A stretch of DNA of 64,000 nucleotides from the human T2T-CHM13v2.0 reference genome, Homo sapiens: NCBI RefSeq assembly GCF_009914755.1, contig NC_060948.1; one strand, written 5' to 3'. The stretch's first letter is position 1, and every line of letters begins with the position of its first letter. This document shows positions 29,461 through 44,353 of the stretch, piece by piece. The notes beneath the pieces are model-generated. The model saw nothing but the letters and a program-made list of their open reading frames with translations, searched no databases and was not told the DNA's origin. Made by a program: the position numbers and the translations under genes.

Positions 29461-29662
29461 TCCTGGTTCTCCTATTTATTATCTGTAAAATAAGTAGCCA
29501 TGTGATAGTCTCTTTAAAAGACCCCACTCTGGAACTAAGGAATTTACTAGACACTGAGGATTTGAAATTCCCGGTTGACTTATTTGAATCTTACTGGGCC
29601 AGAAAAGCAAGAATATATTAATAAGGATTTTGTATCAAGCAATCCTGTTGAGTTGAAAAGCA

Positions 29663-29888
29663 GGTGGCAGGAGTTTTAGACCAGCCTGGGCAACATGCCA
29701 AGACCCTGTCTGTACAAAAAAATACCAAAAAATTAGCAACACATGGTGGCACACACCTATAGTCCCAGCTACCCTAGAGGCGGAGGTGGGAGGATCACTT
29801 GAGCCCAGGAGGTTGAGGTTTCAGTGAGCCAAGATTTTGCCCTTGTAGTCCAGCTTGGGCAATAGAGTAAGATCCTGAAGAAAAAAAA
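29663..29888 (+). mobile_element. 5'-truncated AluJ
   Basis: ggaggatcacttgagcccagga J-type right arm, A-tail. Confidence 0.85.
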
Positions 29889-29944
29889 GGTAAAAAAAAC
29901 TGATGGGGGGCCTCTATTTTTGTAGAAAACAAAAGCAAGCACAT

Positions 29945-30452
<508 letters not shown>

Positions 30453-30662
30453 CTATAAAATTGAAGGTTACAAGAAAGGATGCCATGATGATGTATACAT
30501 GAGATTAATCTAGTAACAATATGTCAACATTTGTAATACAAATAGGATATAGATAATATCAGCAAAAATGCACCAAAGATAGAAGATAATACAACACAGA
30601 ATCTTCTAAGACAAGAAACACTTTATTTTTGATGCCCAAAAGTGAAAAAAAAGTATCATTTT

Positions 30663-30978
30663 GGACAGGTATGGTGGCTCACCCTTGTAATCCCAGTACT
30701 TTGGGATGCCGAGGTGGGCAGATCACCTGAGGTCAGTAGTTTGAGACAGCCTGTCCAACATGGAGAAACTTCATCTCTACTAAAAATACAAAAATTAGCT
30801 GCACATGGTGACACATGGCTGAAATCCCAGCTACTTGGGAGGCTAAGGCAGGAGAATTGCCTGAACCTGAGAGGCTGAGGTTGCATCACCGCACTGCAGC
30901 CTGGGTGACCGATCAAGACTTTGTCTCAGAAACAAAATAAAAGCAACAAAACCAACAACAACAACAACAACAACAACA
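30663..30978 (+). mobile_element. AluS with (AAC)n tail
   Basis: Dimer ending aacaacaacaac. Confidence 0.92.
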
Positions 30979-31490
30979 GAATGCTATTACTGGGTATATA
31001 AATCATTCCACTATATAAATCATTCCACTATAGAGACACATACTACACATGTACGTTTACTGCAGCACTATTTACAATAGCAAAGACATGGAACCAACTG
31101 AAATGCCCATCAATGATAGATTAAATAAAGAAAATGTGGTCCATATACACCATGGAATACCATGCAGCCATAAAAAGGAATGAGATCATGCCATCTGCAG
31201 GGACATGGATGAAGCTGCAAGCCATCATCCTCGGCAAACTAACAGAGGAGCAGAAAACCAAACACTGCATGTTCTCACTCATAAGTGGGAGTTGAACAAT
31301 GAGAACACATGGATATAGGGAGGGGAACAACACATATGAGAGCTATTTTGGGGTGGTGGGGGTGATAGGAGGAACCTAGATGATGGGTCAGTAGGTGCAG
31401 CTAACTACCATGGCACATGTATACCTATGTAACAAACCTGCACTTTCTGCACATGTATCCCAGAACTTAAAGTAAAATTAAAGAAAAAAA
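30979..31490 (+). mobile_element. L1PA 3' end, 5'-truncated
   Basis: ...gttctcactcataagtgggagttgaacaatgagaacacatgg...cccagaacttaaagtaaaa; 17-bp tandem duplication tatataaatcattccac near its 5' end. Confidence 0.92.
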
Positions 31491-31879
31491 AACTATCATT
31501 TTAATTTGTTAATTATTTGGGTAAATATAATTTCTACCTTTACCTGTAATAAGTATAAATAATTTATTACAAATCAACTATAGCTCATAATTATAAAAAG
31601 ATGCTTTTCATTTTAAGTTTGCATATATTTAGAAGACACTGTAAGTAGTCATAAATGTGTAATTGCCTTGGAATAAGAAACACTGGTATTTGTAATAGGT
31701 TTTGAAAATAAAATAGTACATTTGAAAATAGAGGGACTATACACTCACATTTTTTGGTAAAAGTGCCTACATTACAACTGTCAGTGCGTCTATATACAAC
31801 TTAGAATCTTAAATGCAATAAAAACAGTTCAGATATTATTTTAGGTTTATTTTTATTTGGAAATATTTCTTAATTTTTT

Positions 31880-32845
<966 letters not shown>

Positions 32846-35170
32846 TTAAAAAGTAGCAGGGTTTTTCCTCATCACCCAGTCTAGAAAGCAGTGGCACAGT
32901 CATAGCTCACCACAGCCTCAAACTGCTGGGCTCAAGGGATCCTGCCTCAGCCTTCCTGACAAAAGCCAAGAACTCTCATGGGCTAAGCCATACTTTGGCA
33001 CTCACCTGTCCTGTGTCAGTGTAGTGCTCAACATGGGGTGAGGAGAGAAGACAACATGAGAAAAGAAGACAGTGACGTGAGAGATGGCGAAGTGATGGTG
33101 TGAGAAGTGGGTTGAGAAGTGGCTGTCAGTGAGGTGATGGTGAGACAGCAGTCAGTGAGACAACAGTTGGCCATCAGCAGGAAGCCAGTTGGTGATTGAC
33201 GTGACAGCAGACAGCTGGGCAGTAATTGAGACAGTGAGAAATGGCTGGTGGGTTACCAGTCCCCATGCTGACCCCTACCACCATGGCAGCTGAGTTTACC
33301 TAAGCTAAGGGATCCTGGAGAGATCTTCACCAGGGTCCCATGTGGAAGATCACTTGGTGCCATTTCTGCTCTGGTGGATGGCTGAGTGTCCTTTCTGTTC
33401 CCATCTGCATAGTAGCAGAACTAGGGAATAAAATAAAAGCCTTTGGCTAGGTGATCAGTTAGAAGTCCCCACTCACTTAAATTCCCCAAAGCATGTCCTT
33501 GTCGCTTCTTCCCCCAGTCCTTTCCCTTCTGACTTTATTTTATTGTTCTATCAGTTATTTATTTTCAGATCTAAAGTGTGTGTTTTATTTGCAGTCTTAC
33601 ATTTACTTTTAACTTTCTGTTAACTATGTTTGGGCAATTGTTTAAGGTAGGACACTTGGCTGTGTGAGGTTCCCCATTGTGTTGACCCTGGGATGTAAGC
33701 ATTGTAGTGTTCTGTGACCCCAACTTTTTCTTGGTTTCACTGTTGGCTGGCCTCTCTCCCCCAGGTGCCTGAACGTTTTTGTCATTTGGTGAGGCATCCC
33801 TCATTGGCTGAAACTTGGGCACTCTGAGTTTTCAGCATTGATATTTTTGGTCCCCCAGTTCCTCCATCCCAGATGTTCTGCAGTACTTGGTATTGACATT
33901 CCCTCTAGGATTGTGGGTTATAGCCCTTCCTCCTAGGGGAATATTGGTCTCACTTTGTTCTGCCCTAGCATTAGAAGTTTGCAAGCTGCTTTCTATGTAC
34001 TATCCTACAACTGCCTTGTTCAAGCCCATCTTGGTCAAAGGAACTAGGAGGTTCCAGGCACCTAGTCTGATGGACAGCCACCTATAGCAGTAGTCAAGTG
34101 GCCACCCAACTTTTTTTTTCTATATTTCTATTACTGGGTAGGTTCTTTGACAAGTCAGGGCCTTTGATGTTGCCCCTTGGGCAATGCTGTTTACCCCTTT
34201 GCCTCCTCTCTTGCATAGATACCATCCCTCCTCTCTGTCCATTGCTCACTCTCTGTGGAATTTAGGCTCAACATCCAAATGCCCATTTGAAGCTCCTGAT
34301 AACACTTTTGTAACACCTTACTATCTATAGAAAGTGAAAAGTCAGTAGTCATTTACTAAACTTAGGCTGAGTTAGCTTATTGTGACCCTAGGCATATGGA
34401 CAATGGCAAGCATCCCAAAATAATTACCAGTAGGGTGTTTTTTAGACAATTGAAGTAAGTTTAAATTATTAGACTAATTGAAAAAGAAAACCTCATTTAC
34501 TATAGCAATAATATTTGGGTTCAATACAAATTTGCAAACTAATACATTCGGACTAGGAATAGTTCTTTATATTATAATGATATTGTACAATTAGATTTGC
34601 TTTATAAAAAGGAAGGAAAAGAATTTACTTATGTGTAGGCTTTTATGGCCCTCTACCAGGATCCTAACCTAAGGGCTAGCTGTAGAATGTGTCTGGCTCA
34701 TGATACTCCCAGATATCCAGAAGCTGCATCAGATATGCTAGATGACCTCTTCCTAGCTGCTCCTCCTAGAAGGCCTGTAATTCTCCTTCAGAGCTTCCTC
34801 AGTCCCCTAATTCTGAGGGAGCCCCACTAGTTATTTAGTGCAGGATTCCACCCCAAGGTCACCAGGCACCCCTCCATCTTATCCAACAAACGCTGGCTCA
34901 TATGCCTCACTGCAAAGGAAGTGAGCCCAAACAGTCTACTAGGATTGAGGCCCCATGTTAGCCCCCAAAATCAAACTAGTGTCAACTGTGGGAGGTAGCT
35001 GATGGAGATGGAGGAACAATTGAAGTACATGTGCCTTTTTGCATGTCGGATTTGGCCATATGCAAGGAATAAATTGCTCAGTCTTCAAAGGATCCGGGGT
35101 AGTTTGTAAATGAGTTTGTAAAGTTGACTGATTTAACTTGGTATGACATGCAAATATTATTATCCACTTA

Positions 35171-35535
<365 letters not shown>

Positions 35536-36026
35536 TATTATACACTTAATGTAATGTAGATGAATAACGAAGAATTCCAGGTACTGTTATAAACATACAG
35601 ATAGAACGGCTTTGTGTAACCCAGGCCATGCCACTTATCTTGTGGGAAGAGAGGCAGTTCCAGATCCAGACCTCAATGGGATTACTAGAAAGGGTCTCAA
35701 GGTGTCAAATGCAGAAATTACATACTAACTTGTTTAATAGTAAGAAAAACTGTGGGATTAAGCCAGTTGATTATGATAAAGTAAGAGAAATAGCTCAAGA
35801 AAAAGATGAAAATCCCACTCTAATTCAGGGCTGTTTGTATGAGGCACTGCGGAAATATACTAATATAGACCCTGACCCCTTGGAAGTGTGAGCTCTTTTG
35901 GGTGTGATTTTATTACTAAGTCTGCCCCTGACATTTGGATAAAGCAACAAAAAGTAGCAGTGGGACACCAACCGCCCTGAGCCAACTCTTAGACATTGCC
36001 CTTGGGGTTTACAATAATAGGGACAG

Positions 36027-37016
36027 TATCGGGGGAACCAGCCCCCGATATTTCAACGTAGTTTCTTTTCTATTTTCCCTAAGTGTTGGCCAGTCTGAGA
36101 AATAAAGGGAAAGAGTACAAAAGAGAGAAATTTTAAAGCTGGGTGTCTGGGGGAGACATCACATGTCAGCAGTTTCCATGATGCCCCCTGAGCCGTAAAA
36201 CCAGCAAGTTTTTATTAACAATTTTCAAAAGGGAGGGAGTGTACAAATAGGATGTGGGTCACAGAGATCACATGCTTCAAGGGCAACAAAATATCACAAG
36301 TCATATGGGCAGGGCAAAGTCACAAGGCCAGGGTGAAACTAGAATTACTAATGAGGTTCCTGGTCCTGCTGTGCACACACTGTCATTGATAAACATCAGG
36401 AAACATGGTTTGAGAGCAGACAACAAGTCTGACTAAAATTTACTAGGCAGGAATTTCCTAATCCTAATAAGCCTGGGGGCGCTGCAGGAGGCTAGGGCGT
36501 GTTTCATCCCTATCTACAACTGCATAAGGTGGACACCCCCAGAGTGGCCATTTTAGAGGCTCTGCCTGGGAATGCATTCTTTTCCCAGGGCTGTTAATTA
36601 TTAATATTCCTTACTGGGGAAAGAATTCAGCGATATTTCTCTTACCTGTTTTTGGCAATAAGAAATATGGCTCTGTCCTGCCTGGCTCCCAGGCAGTCAG
36701 ACCTAATGGTTATCTCCCTTGTTCCCTGAACATCGCTGTTACCCTGTTCTTTTTTCAAGGTGCCCAGATTTCATATTGTTCAACCACACATGCTTTACAA
36801 AAAATTTGTGCAGCTAACGCAATCACCACAGGGTGATGAGGCAACATACATCCTCAGCTTATGAAGATGACGAGATTAAGAGAGTAAAGACAGGCATAGG
36901 AAATTATGACTATTGATTGGGGAAGTGATAAATGTCCATGAAATCTTCACAATTTATGTTCTTCTGTCATGGCTTCAGCAGGTCCCTCTGTTTGGGGTCC
37001 CTGACTTCCCGCAACA
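36027..37016 (-). mobile_element. MER11 solo LTR (HERV-K HML-8)
   Basis: Minus strand begins tgttgcgggaagtcagggacccc; ~990 bp; 6-bp TSD ggacag/ggacaa, typical of betaretroviruses. Confidence 0.9.
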
Positions 37017-39030
37017 GGACAAGGCAGAGGAAGAGGCAAAAACCAGAAGAACTGGCCAAAACCCACAATTGTTAGTGGCAACTTTAGGACCACTGTTGCC
37101 TCAGAGTTACCCCTCTCAAAGAAATATGGTGACATTGGCATCTAGGATGCTCAGATGAGGTCCCCCACTTACCAGCCTCTAGACCTAAATCAGCACTTGT
37201 CTTCTGTATGCAAGAAGGCCATTGGAAGGATTGCACCAGGATTAAAAGATAGTCTGAGACACTCAGACTCGTAATAGCCCGAAAAGTAGAAGACTGATAG
37301 GCTTCAGATTCTCTATATCTCTGACTGGACACCTTACCATCTCCACAGAGGAGCCTCAGGTAACCCTTGGTATAGGAGACAAAAATATTGAGTTCTTATT
37401 GGAAATGGGAGCTGCCTAGTCAGTTTTAACCCATTTCTGAGGGCTGCTGTTTTCCCACTCTTGTTCAGTAACAGGAATTAATGGCCAGCCAAGAATGAGG
37501 AGATGTACCCGTTCGCTTGGTTCCACTGTGAAGCACCATACATTTTCCAAGAGGTTTTTTAATACTTATACCTGAATGTTCTATTCTATTAGGGAGAAAC
37601 TTATTTTCCAAATTACAGATCACAATTCACTTTAAAGTGCCCCATGAGAAGGCAACAGGCCAGAAGGAAAACTCCTCTTAGCTCCAAGTATTACATTAAC
37701 ACAGATATGGAGAAGAGCTGCCTTCCATTTCATATTGCTTCTTTAGTAGGTCCTTCTGTTTGTGACATGGAAATTTCTGGTAGAGCTGTTAATGTACCCC
37801 CAGTCCAGATTTTCCTAAAACCCAATGTTAATTACCCATGGAAAAAACAGTGTTTTTTGAATGCTGAGGCTCAGAGGGACATCCAGCCCTTAATAATGGG
37901 GGTCCTAAGGTACAAATTATGACAGTCCTGTCAGTATCCATGTAACTCCCCATTTTACCTGTTAGAAAATCAAATGAGGAATATAGATTTGTTTTGAATC
38001 TAAGGGGATTTGATGGGACAGTAGACCCAGTTCACCCATTAGTTCCTAATGCTTGTATAATGACTGAGATCCCTGAAGGCATTCATTGATTCACAGTGTT
38101 AGACTTAAAGGATGCTTTCTTTTGTATATCTTTACACCATACTGCCAGTATATTTTTGCTTTTGAATGGACTGATCCAGACACTCAAGCTACATCTCAAC
38201 TTACCTGGACAGTTCCTCTCCAATGTTTTAGACACAGTCCCCATCTCTTTGGCAATACATTGGCCAAGGAGTTAAGGGAACTACAGTTAACTAATGGATT
38301 TCTTTTGCAACATGTAGATGGATTTCTACATCTACTACGGAAGACTCCAACAGAAACACAATTCAGTTCCTTAATTTTCTGGGAAAGCAAGGATATCATG
38401 TATGCTCCACAAGGCCCAGATCTCTGTGCAAAATGTTAAATATTTGGGGTATGTGCTCACACCTGGGACAAGAACGTTGGACCAAAAGTGAAAAGAGACA
38501 ATCTTGGCCGTCCAACTACCTCAGACTAAGAAACAGTCAAGACGCTTTTTGGGAATGGCTAGATTCTGCCAGATCTGGATTCCTTGGTTTGGTCTTACAG
38601 CAAAACCTCTCTATGAAACTCTAAAAGACAGTAATCATGCACCTTTGAATTGGGATGGAACCTGCCAACAGGCATTCTTTACCCTAAAACCAAGACTAAA
38701 AACGACTCCTGCTTTGGGGCCCTTTAACTTAGAAAATACTTTTACCTTCTATGTGACTGAAAAACAAGGCATGAGGATGGATGTCTTACCCCAAAGGCTC
38801 AGGAATAGCCCTAGGCCAGTGGCTTACTTTTCTAAACAGCTAAACCAGGTGGCAGCTGGGCAGCCAGGATGCTTGTGAGCCAAAGTAAAAAACCAGTAAC
38901 TTTACTTTATCTTGGGACAATTACTAAATGTTATGACCCCCTAAACAATACAGGTTGTCCTAGAGGAAAAAGAATGTCAGTGGCTAACGGGAAGATACCT
39001 ACTTAAATATCAGGCCCTCTGCTTGACACC

Positions 39031-39429
39031 TGTATTAGTGTGTTCTTGAACTGCTATAAAGAAACACCTAACACTGGGCAATGTATTTTAAAAGAGATGT
39101 TTAATTGGCTCACGGTTTTGCAGGCTGCACAGGAAGCATAATGGCTTCTGGGGAGGCCTCAGGAAACTTTCAATCATGGTAGAAGGTGAAGGGGAAGCAG
39201 TCACATCTTACATGACTAAAGCAGGAGAGGAAGAGAGAGAGGAGGAAGGTGCCACACACTTTTAAACAACCAGGTCTTATGAGAACTCACTCATTATTGT
39301 AAGAACAGCACCCAGCGGGAGTCCACCCCTGTGATCCAATCACTTCCAACCAGGACACACCTCCAACATTGCGGATTATAATTTTACATAACATTTGGGC
39401 GGGTGGGGACACAGAGTAAAACCATATCA
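39031..39429 (-). mobile_element. MST (MaLR) solo LTR in pol
   Basis: tgtattagt...aaccatatca with perfect 5-bp TSD acacc (39026-39030 / 39430-39434). Confidence 0.92.
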
Positions 39430-40527
39430 ACACCTCAGTTGTAATCCTTAAAGTATGTTGGGTTTTAAACCCTGCTACCCTGTTCCCAGAGTTCACATCC
39501 CAGGAAACAGATCGTTAACTCATTTCCCTCCTGTGCGGAAACCATACAACCAAACTTCTGTAGTAGGACTGAATTCAAAGATGACCTTCTATCTAATCTT
39601 AATGTTGAGTACTTTATAGATGGGTATAGCTTTATATGCATGAGGGAGTAAAAAAGGCAGGTTTTGTTGTATTTAGTCAACAAGATGTCATCGAGGTCAA
39701 AACTGCCTTTCCAAGCTTCTATTCAAAAAGCACAATTACTTGCTCTAATCAGGGTCCTCAAGCTGGGAAGGACTTAAGAGTCAATATATTTACTGATTCC
39801 AAATATGGGTTCCTGGTGCTCTGTGCTCATGCTGCTATACAGAAAAACAATGGAGGGCTAACAGCTAAGGGGTCCCCCATACAACATCATTCTCAGATCT
39901 TGGAACATTTAGATGCTTCCTAGCTCTCAAAAGTAGTAGCAGTGAGTCAGTGCAGGGGACACCAAAAGGAAGACATCTCCGTTATCAGAGGAAATCCTCT
40001 GGCAGACAGAGTAGCTAAGCCCACAGCTAGAGAAACACCAGTGTTATAGGACACTGAGTAATGCCAGGTACTGCACCCATGTTAGGAACAGCACACTATA
40101 CCCCTGAGGAAATTAAATGGGCAGAGCAGAAAGGCTTACAAAAGTATCCCTTGGGATGATTAGTAGGAAGCAACAAACTTCCTCCCTGAGGCTGAGCGGT
40201 GAGAGATAGTTAGGCATTTCCATGACTTAACTATCAAGTTAGTTTCTCAAAGTTTTAGGAAAAAAACCTATTCTACACTGCAAAGAGGGTCACCAGGGCC
40301 TGTGATCTTTGTGCCTGTAATGATCCAGGAAGCTACCCCATACCCCCAGCTCTACTCAAACCATTACAACATTGAGGGACATGCTCTGGAAAGACTGGCA
40401 AATAGACTTTCTTTAGATACCATCCTACAGGGGATAGAAATATTTGCCAGTATTTATGGACACTTTCACCAAGTGGATTGAGACTTTCCCCACAATGACA
40501 AAGAAGATATTAGAAGTGTCAAAATTT

Positions 40528-41086
<559 letters not shown>

Positions 41087-41977
41087 CTAAAGTGGCCCAG
41101 GAGCTTTTCTTCAGTCTTAGGCATTATCTATCCCCTTCACTCCTCCGGGAGTCCTCAATCCTCAGGTAAAATAGAAAAGCTAATTATGTTTTAAAAAGGA
41201 CATTAGCAAAGCCCTTCAGGAGACTTCAGAGGCCTGGGCTTCTCTCCTAGCCATAGCACTTTTACAAGTAAGGATGTCCCCAAAAGGACATTCTAAAACT
41301 TAGTCCTTTTGAGCTGATTTATGGGAGGCCATTTTTAGCTTCTGACCTTTTGCTTGATAAAAAGATACATAGAATGCTCACCCATAATATCAACTTAAGC
41401 CAGGTTCAAAAGGCCCTCCAAGCATATGGACACAAATTATTGCCCCCTCTCACAAAGCTGATAATTGACCCCCTATCTGCTAAAAACTTGGAAAGAACAA
41501 TACTCTGAGGGATCCTTGGAACACTGGTGGCTCTAGGAGCAATAAAGTACCAGTGGCTAACAGGAGGTCATCTACTTCAATATCAGGTCCTTTTACTTGA
41601 CAGCAGTATTAGTGTGTTCTTGAACTGCTACAAAGAAACATATAAGACTGGGCAATTTATTTTAAAAAGATGTTTAACTGGCTCATGGTTTTGCAGCTTG
41701 CTCAGTAAGTATAGTAGCTTCTGGGGAGGGCTCAGGAAACTTTCAATAATGGCAGAAGATATAACCAAAATAGAAGAGCCCCTATCAGGTATTGCTGAGT
41801 GTCACAGTCCTGTTAAACTTTAGGGACTACCTAGTTCAGTACAACTGTCCAGGATTAAAGCTGTTGCTCACAAACTGTAGGCACACAAATGGAGGACACC
41901 ATAACCTACATCTAAGAGCTTTTGGAGGAGTACTGCTACCTATTTAAAAGAATCAACATTCATCCAGAATTTGTAAC

Positions 41978-43362
41978 ATGATGCTATGGGTGGCAATAAA
42001 AGCTTTAACTATTCTCTTTTTCCCGACTGTAACATTACTTTTTTATCACTTTAGCCAACCTCCCAGGAAACAGCTTTTGTTCTTCTTGGGTGTAGAGGCC
42101 CCACTCAGCCAGACCCCATGTTGTCACTCTTGGTCCTATTTGCTCTCTCAACTACCTTGATCCCATGTGAGTGGGAACACAACTCTGTAGTAAATATTTC
42201 AACAATTATAGCATCAGGAAATCATCTTCATGCCTCCTGGATTTATCAGCATTGCCAGGATAGAGAATTGCATCTTCTGGCTTATTAGGAAAATCTCACC
42301 ACCAGACCTCAGACCTCCTAACTAACCATAGTGATCCTGAAATAACCAAACCCCTACTTGCTAAGTGAAACCCTCCCCCACATAATATATTCCACCTGCA
42401 CCTCCCAGCACTATCATGTGGGCCTAGGAAGTTAGGTACCTATGTTTCCAGTGTACTAACAGTTCTGTGTTTTGCACCCACTACTGTGTTAATGACACTG
42501 AAGTGGAAGTTTCCCTGTGATGCTATGATCCAACTTTAGCTGCCAAATTCCCAAGGCCACAGCAAGGTAAATGGAATTCTACCTGTGAGGAGACCATATA
42601 TGGTGCCTTCTGTCACTTCAGAACAAACAAGGGAAAAACAACTGCTTAGTCTGGGAAGGTTGCAGTACTCCCCCTTCCGGAAAAAAAAATTTTTTGACCA
42701 CCCTCACTGGAACAGAAGGGAAATATCTCTATAGACACAACTTGGCAGCAAAGGATGAACATCACACCCTCCAGAGTGTTTCTGCCCCAGCTGGCCTCAT
42801 TTTGGTTTGTGGCCATGAATAGGAAGGTGTCACACCCCATAAACACCGTCAACTCTCTAGGGAGCCACCTGTTTTTTTAGGAGTAGCATTCCCTTGTATA
42901 TAAGAAACTTGAAACACAGGTGAATATACACTAGCCATCCTTGCCCCTGCGGGGGTCTCTGTCTATTACACCCTAAAACCTAAGAATACCAGAAGTAAGC
43001 AAGCCGTAGAATTAATTCTGGCAGGAATCAGGGCAGCAATAGGACTAGCAACACTCCAGGGCAGCTTTGCTTACCATGAGTCAACTCTAAAGAACTTAAA
43101 TCAACACAGATCAGGTATTAAAGGGAACTCATGAGCACCTTGACTCTCTCGCAAATGTGGTTTTTGATAACAGACTAACATTGGATTATTTACCAGTTGA
43201 ACAAGAAGGAGTCTATGTACTTATTACTAAAAGCCGCTGCCTTTATTATATATTAGCAACTTTGGGGAGGTTTAGGTTAACATTCAAAAAATATATGAGC
43301 AAGCGACATGGATATATAGATGTAACCAGGGCACTGATCCCAAATACATCTGGTCAACTATC
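41978..43362 (+). pseudogene. Disrupted gamma-type env, truncated before the membrane anchor
   Basis: EWEHNSVVNISTIIASGNHLHASWIYQH (decayed CWIC); RSKQ|AVELILAGIRAAIGLA at 42991 (furin site and fusion peptide); VFDNRLTLDYLPVEQEGVY (ISD); ends at IWSTI. Confidence 0.88.
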
Positions 43363-43378
43363 TCTGTATGGCACCAGA

Positions 43379-43936
43379 TGTAGGGTCCAGCCCCACAGGG
43401 TTGGTGGGTTTTCTCCCTGTGTGTAGAGATGAGAGAGTGTAGAAATAAAAACACAAGACAAAGAGATAAAAGAGAAGACAGCTGGGCCTGGGGGACCACT
43501 ACCACCAAGACGCGGAGACTGGTAGTGGCCCTGAATGCCACGCTGTGCTGATATTTATTGGATACAAGACAAAGGGGCAGGGTAAAGAGTGTGAGCCATC
43601 TCCAATGATAGGTAAGGTCATGTGTCCACTGGACAGGGGCCCTTCCCTGCCTGGCAGCCAAGGCAGAGAGAGAGAGGAGAGAGAGACAGCTTACGCTATT
43701 ATTCTGCTTATTAGAGACTTTTAGTACTTTCACTAATTTGTTACTGCTATCTAAAAGGCAGTCATAAAGAGAAATAAAGAGGAATTGCTGCAAACTAATG
43801 ATTAATGATATTCATATATAATCATATCTAAGATCTATATCTAGTATAACTATTCTTATTTTATATATTTTATAATACTGGAACTACTCGTGCCCTTGGT
43901 CTTTTGCCTTGGCACCTGGGTGGCTTGCCGCCCACA
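43379..43936 (-). mobile_element. LTR13 (HERV-K HML-4), internally deleted
   Basis: Minus strand begins tgtgggcggcaagccacccaggtgcc and ends ggaccctaca; 558 bp, shorter than the ~1 kb I recall for LTR13; no TSD. Confidence 0.8.
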
Positions 43937-44353
43937 GGGATGGGGCAGAAGCAGCTTTCCATGAGATATGACCCCAGTGTGCAATGTTAGTTTACCATTA
44001 CCATGAAAATGGGACTGCGACTTACCACCTCTTTTCAGGGCAGTGACCAGATGACCCAAAAGTTACTACCACTTCCCTAGAAATTTCTGCATAAACCAAT
44101 TCTTAATCTACACGTAACTAAAAGTGGGTATAAATATGACTGCAGAACTGCCCTAAGCTGCTGTTCTCTGCCTATGGGGGAGCCCCACTCTGCAGGAGCA
44201 CTCACAGAGCTGTAACACCACTGGAGCTGTAACACTGCTGCTTCAGAAAAGCTGTTTTCTTTTACCTCTGGCTTGGCGTTACACTCTCTCCTGTGCAAAG
44301 CCAAGAACCCTTGTGGACTAAGCTCTGCTTTAGGGCTTGCCTGTCCAGCATCA

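Noticed and set aside
33040-33250. Spaced gtgaga-type repeats that could suggest an array
   Set aside because: Degenerate purine-rich repeats in the ERV leader; no constant repeat-spacer structure. CRISPR is not applicable to primate DNA.
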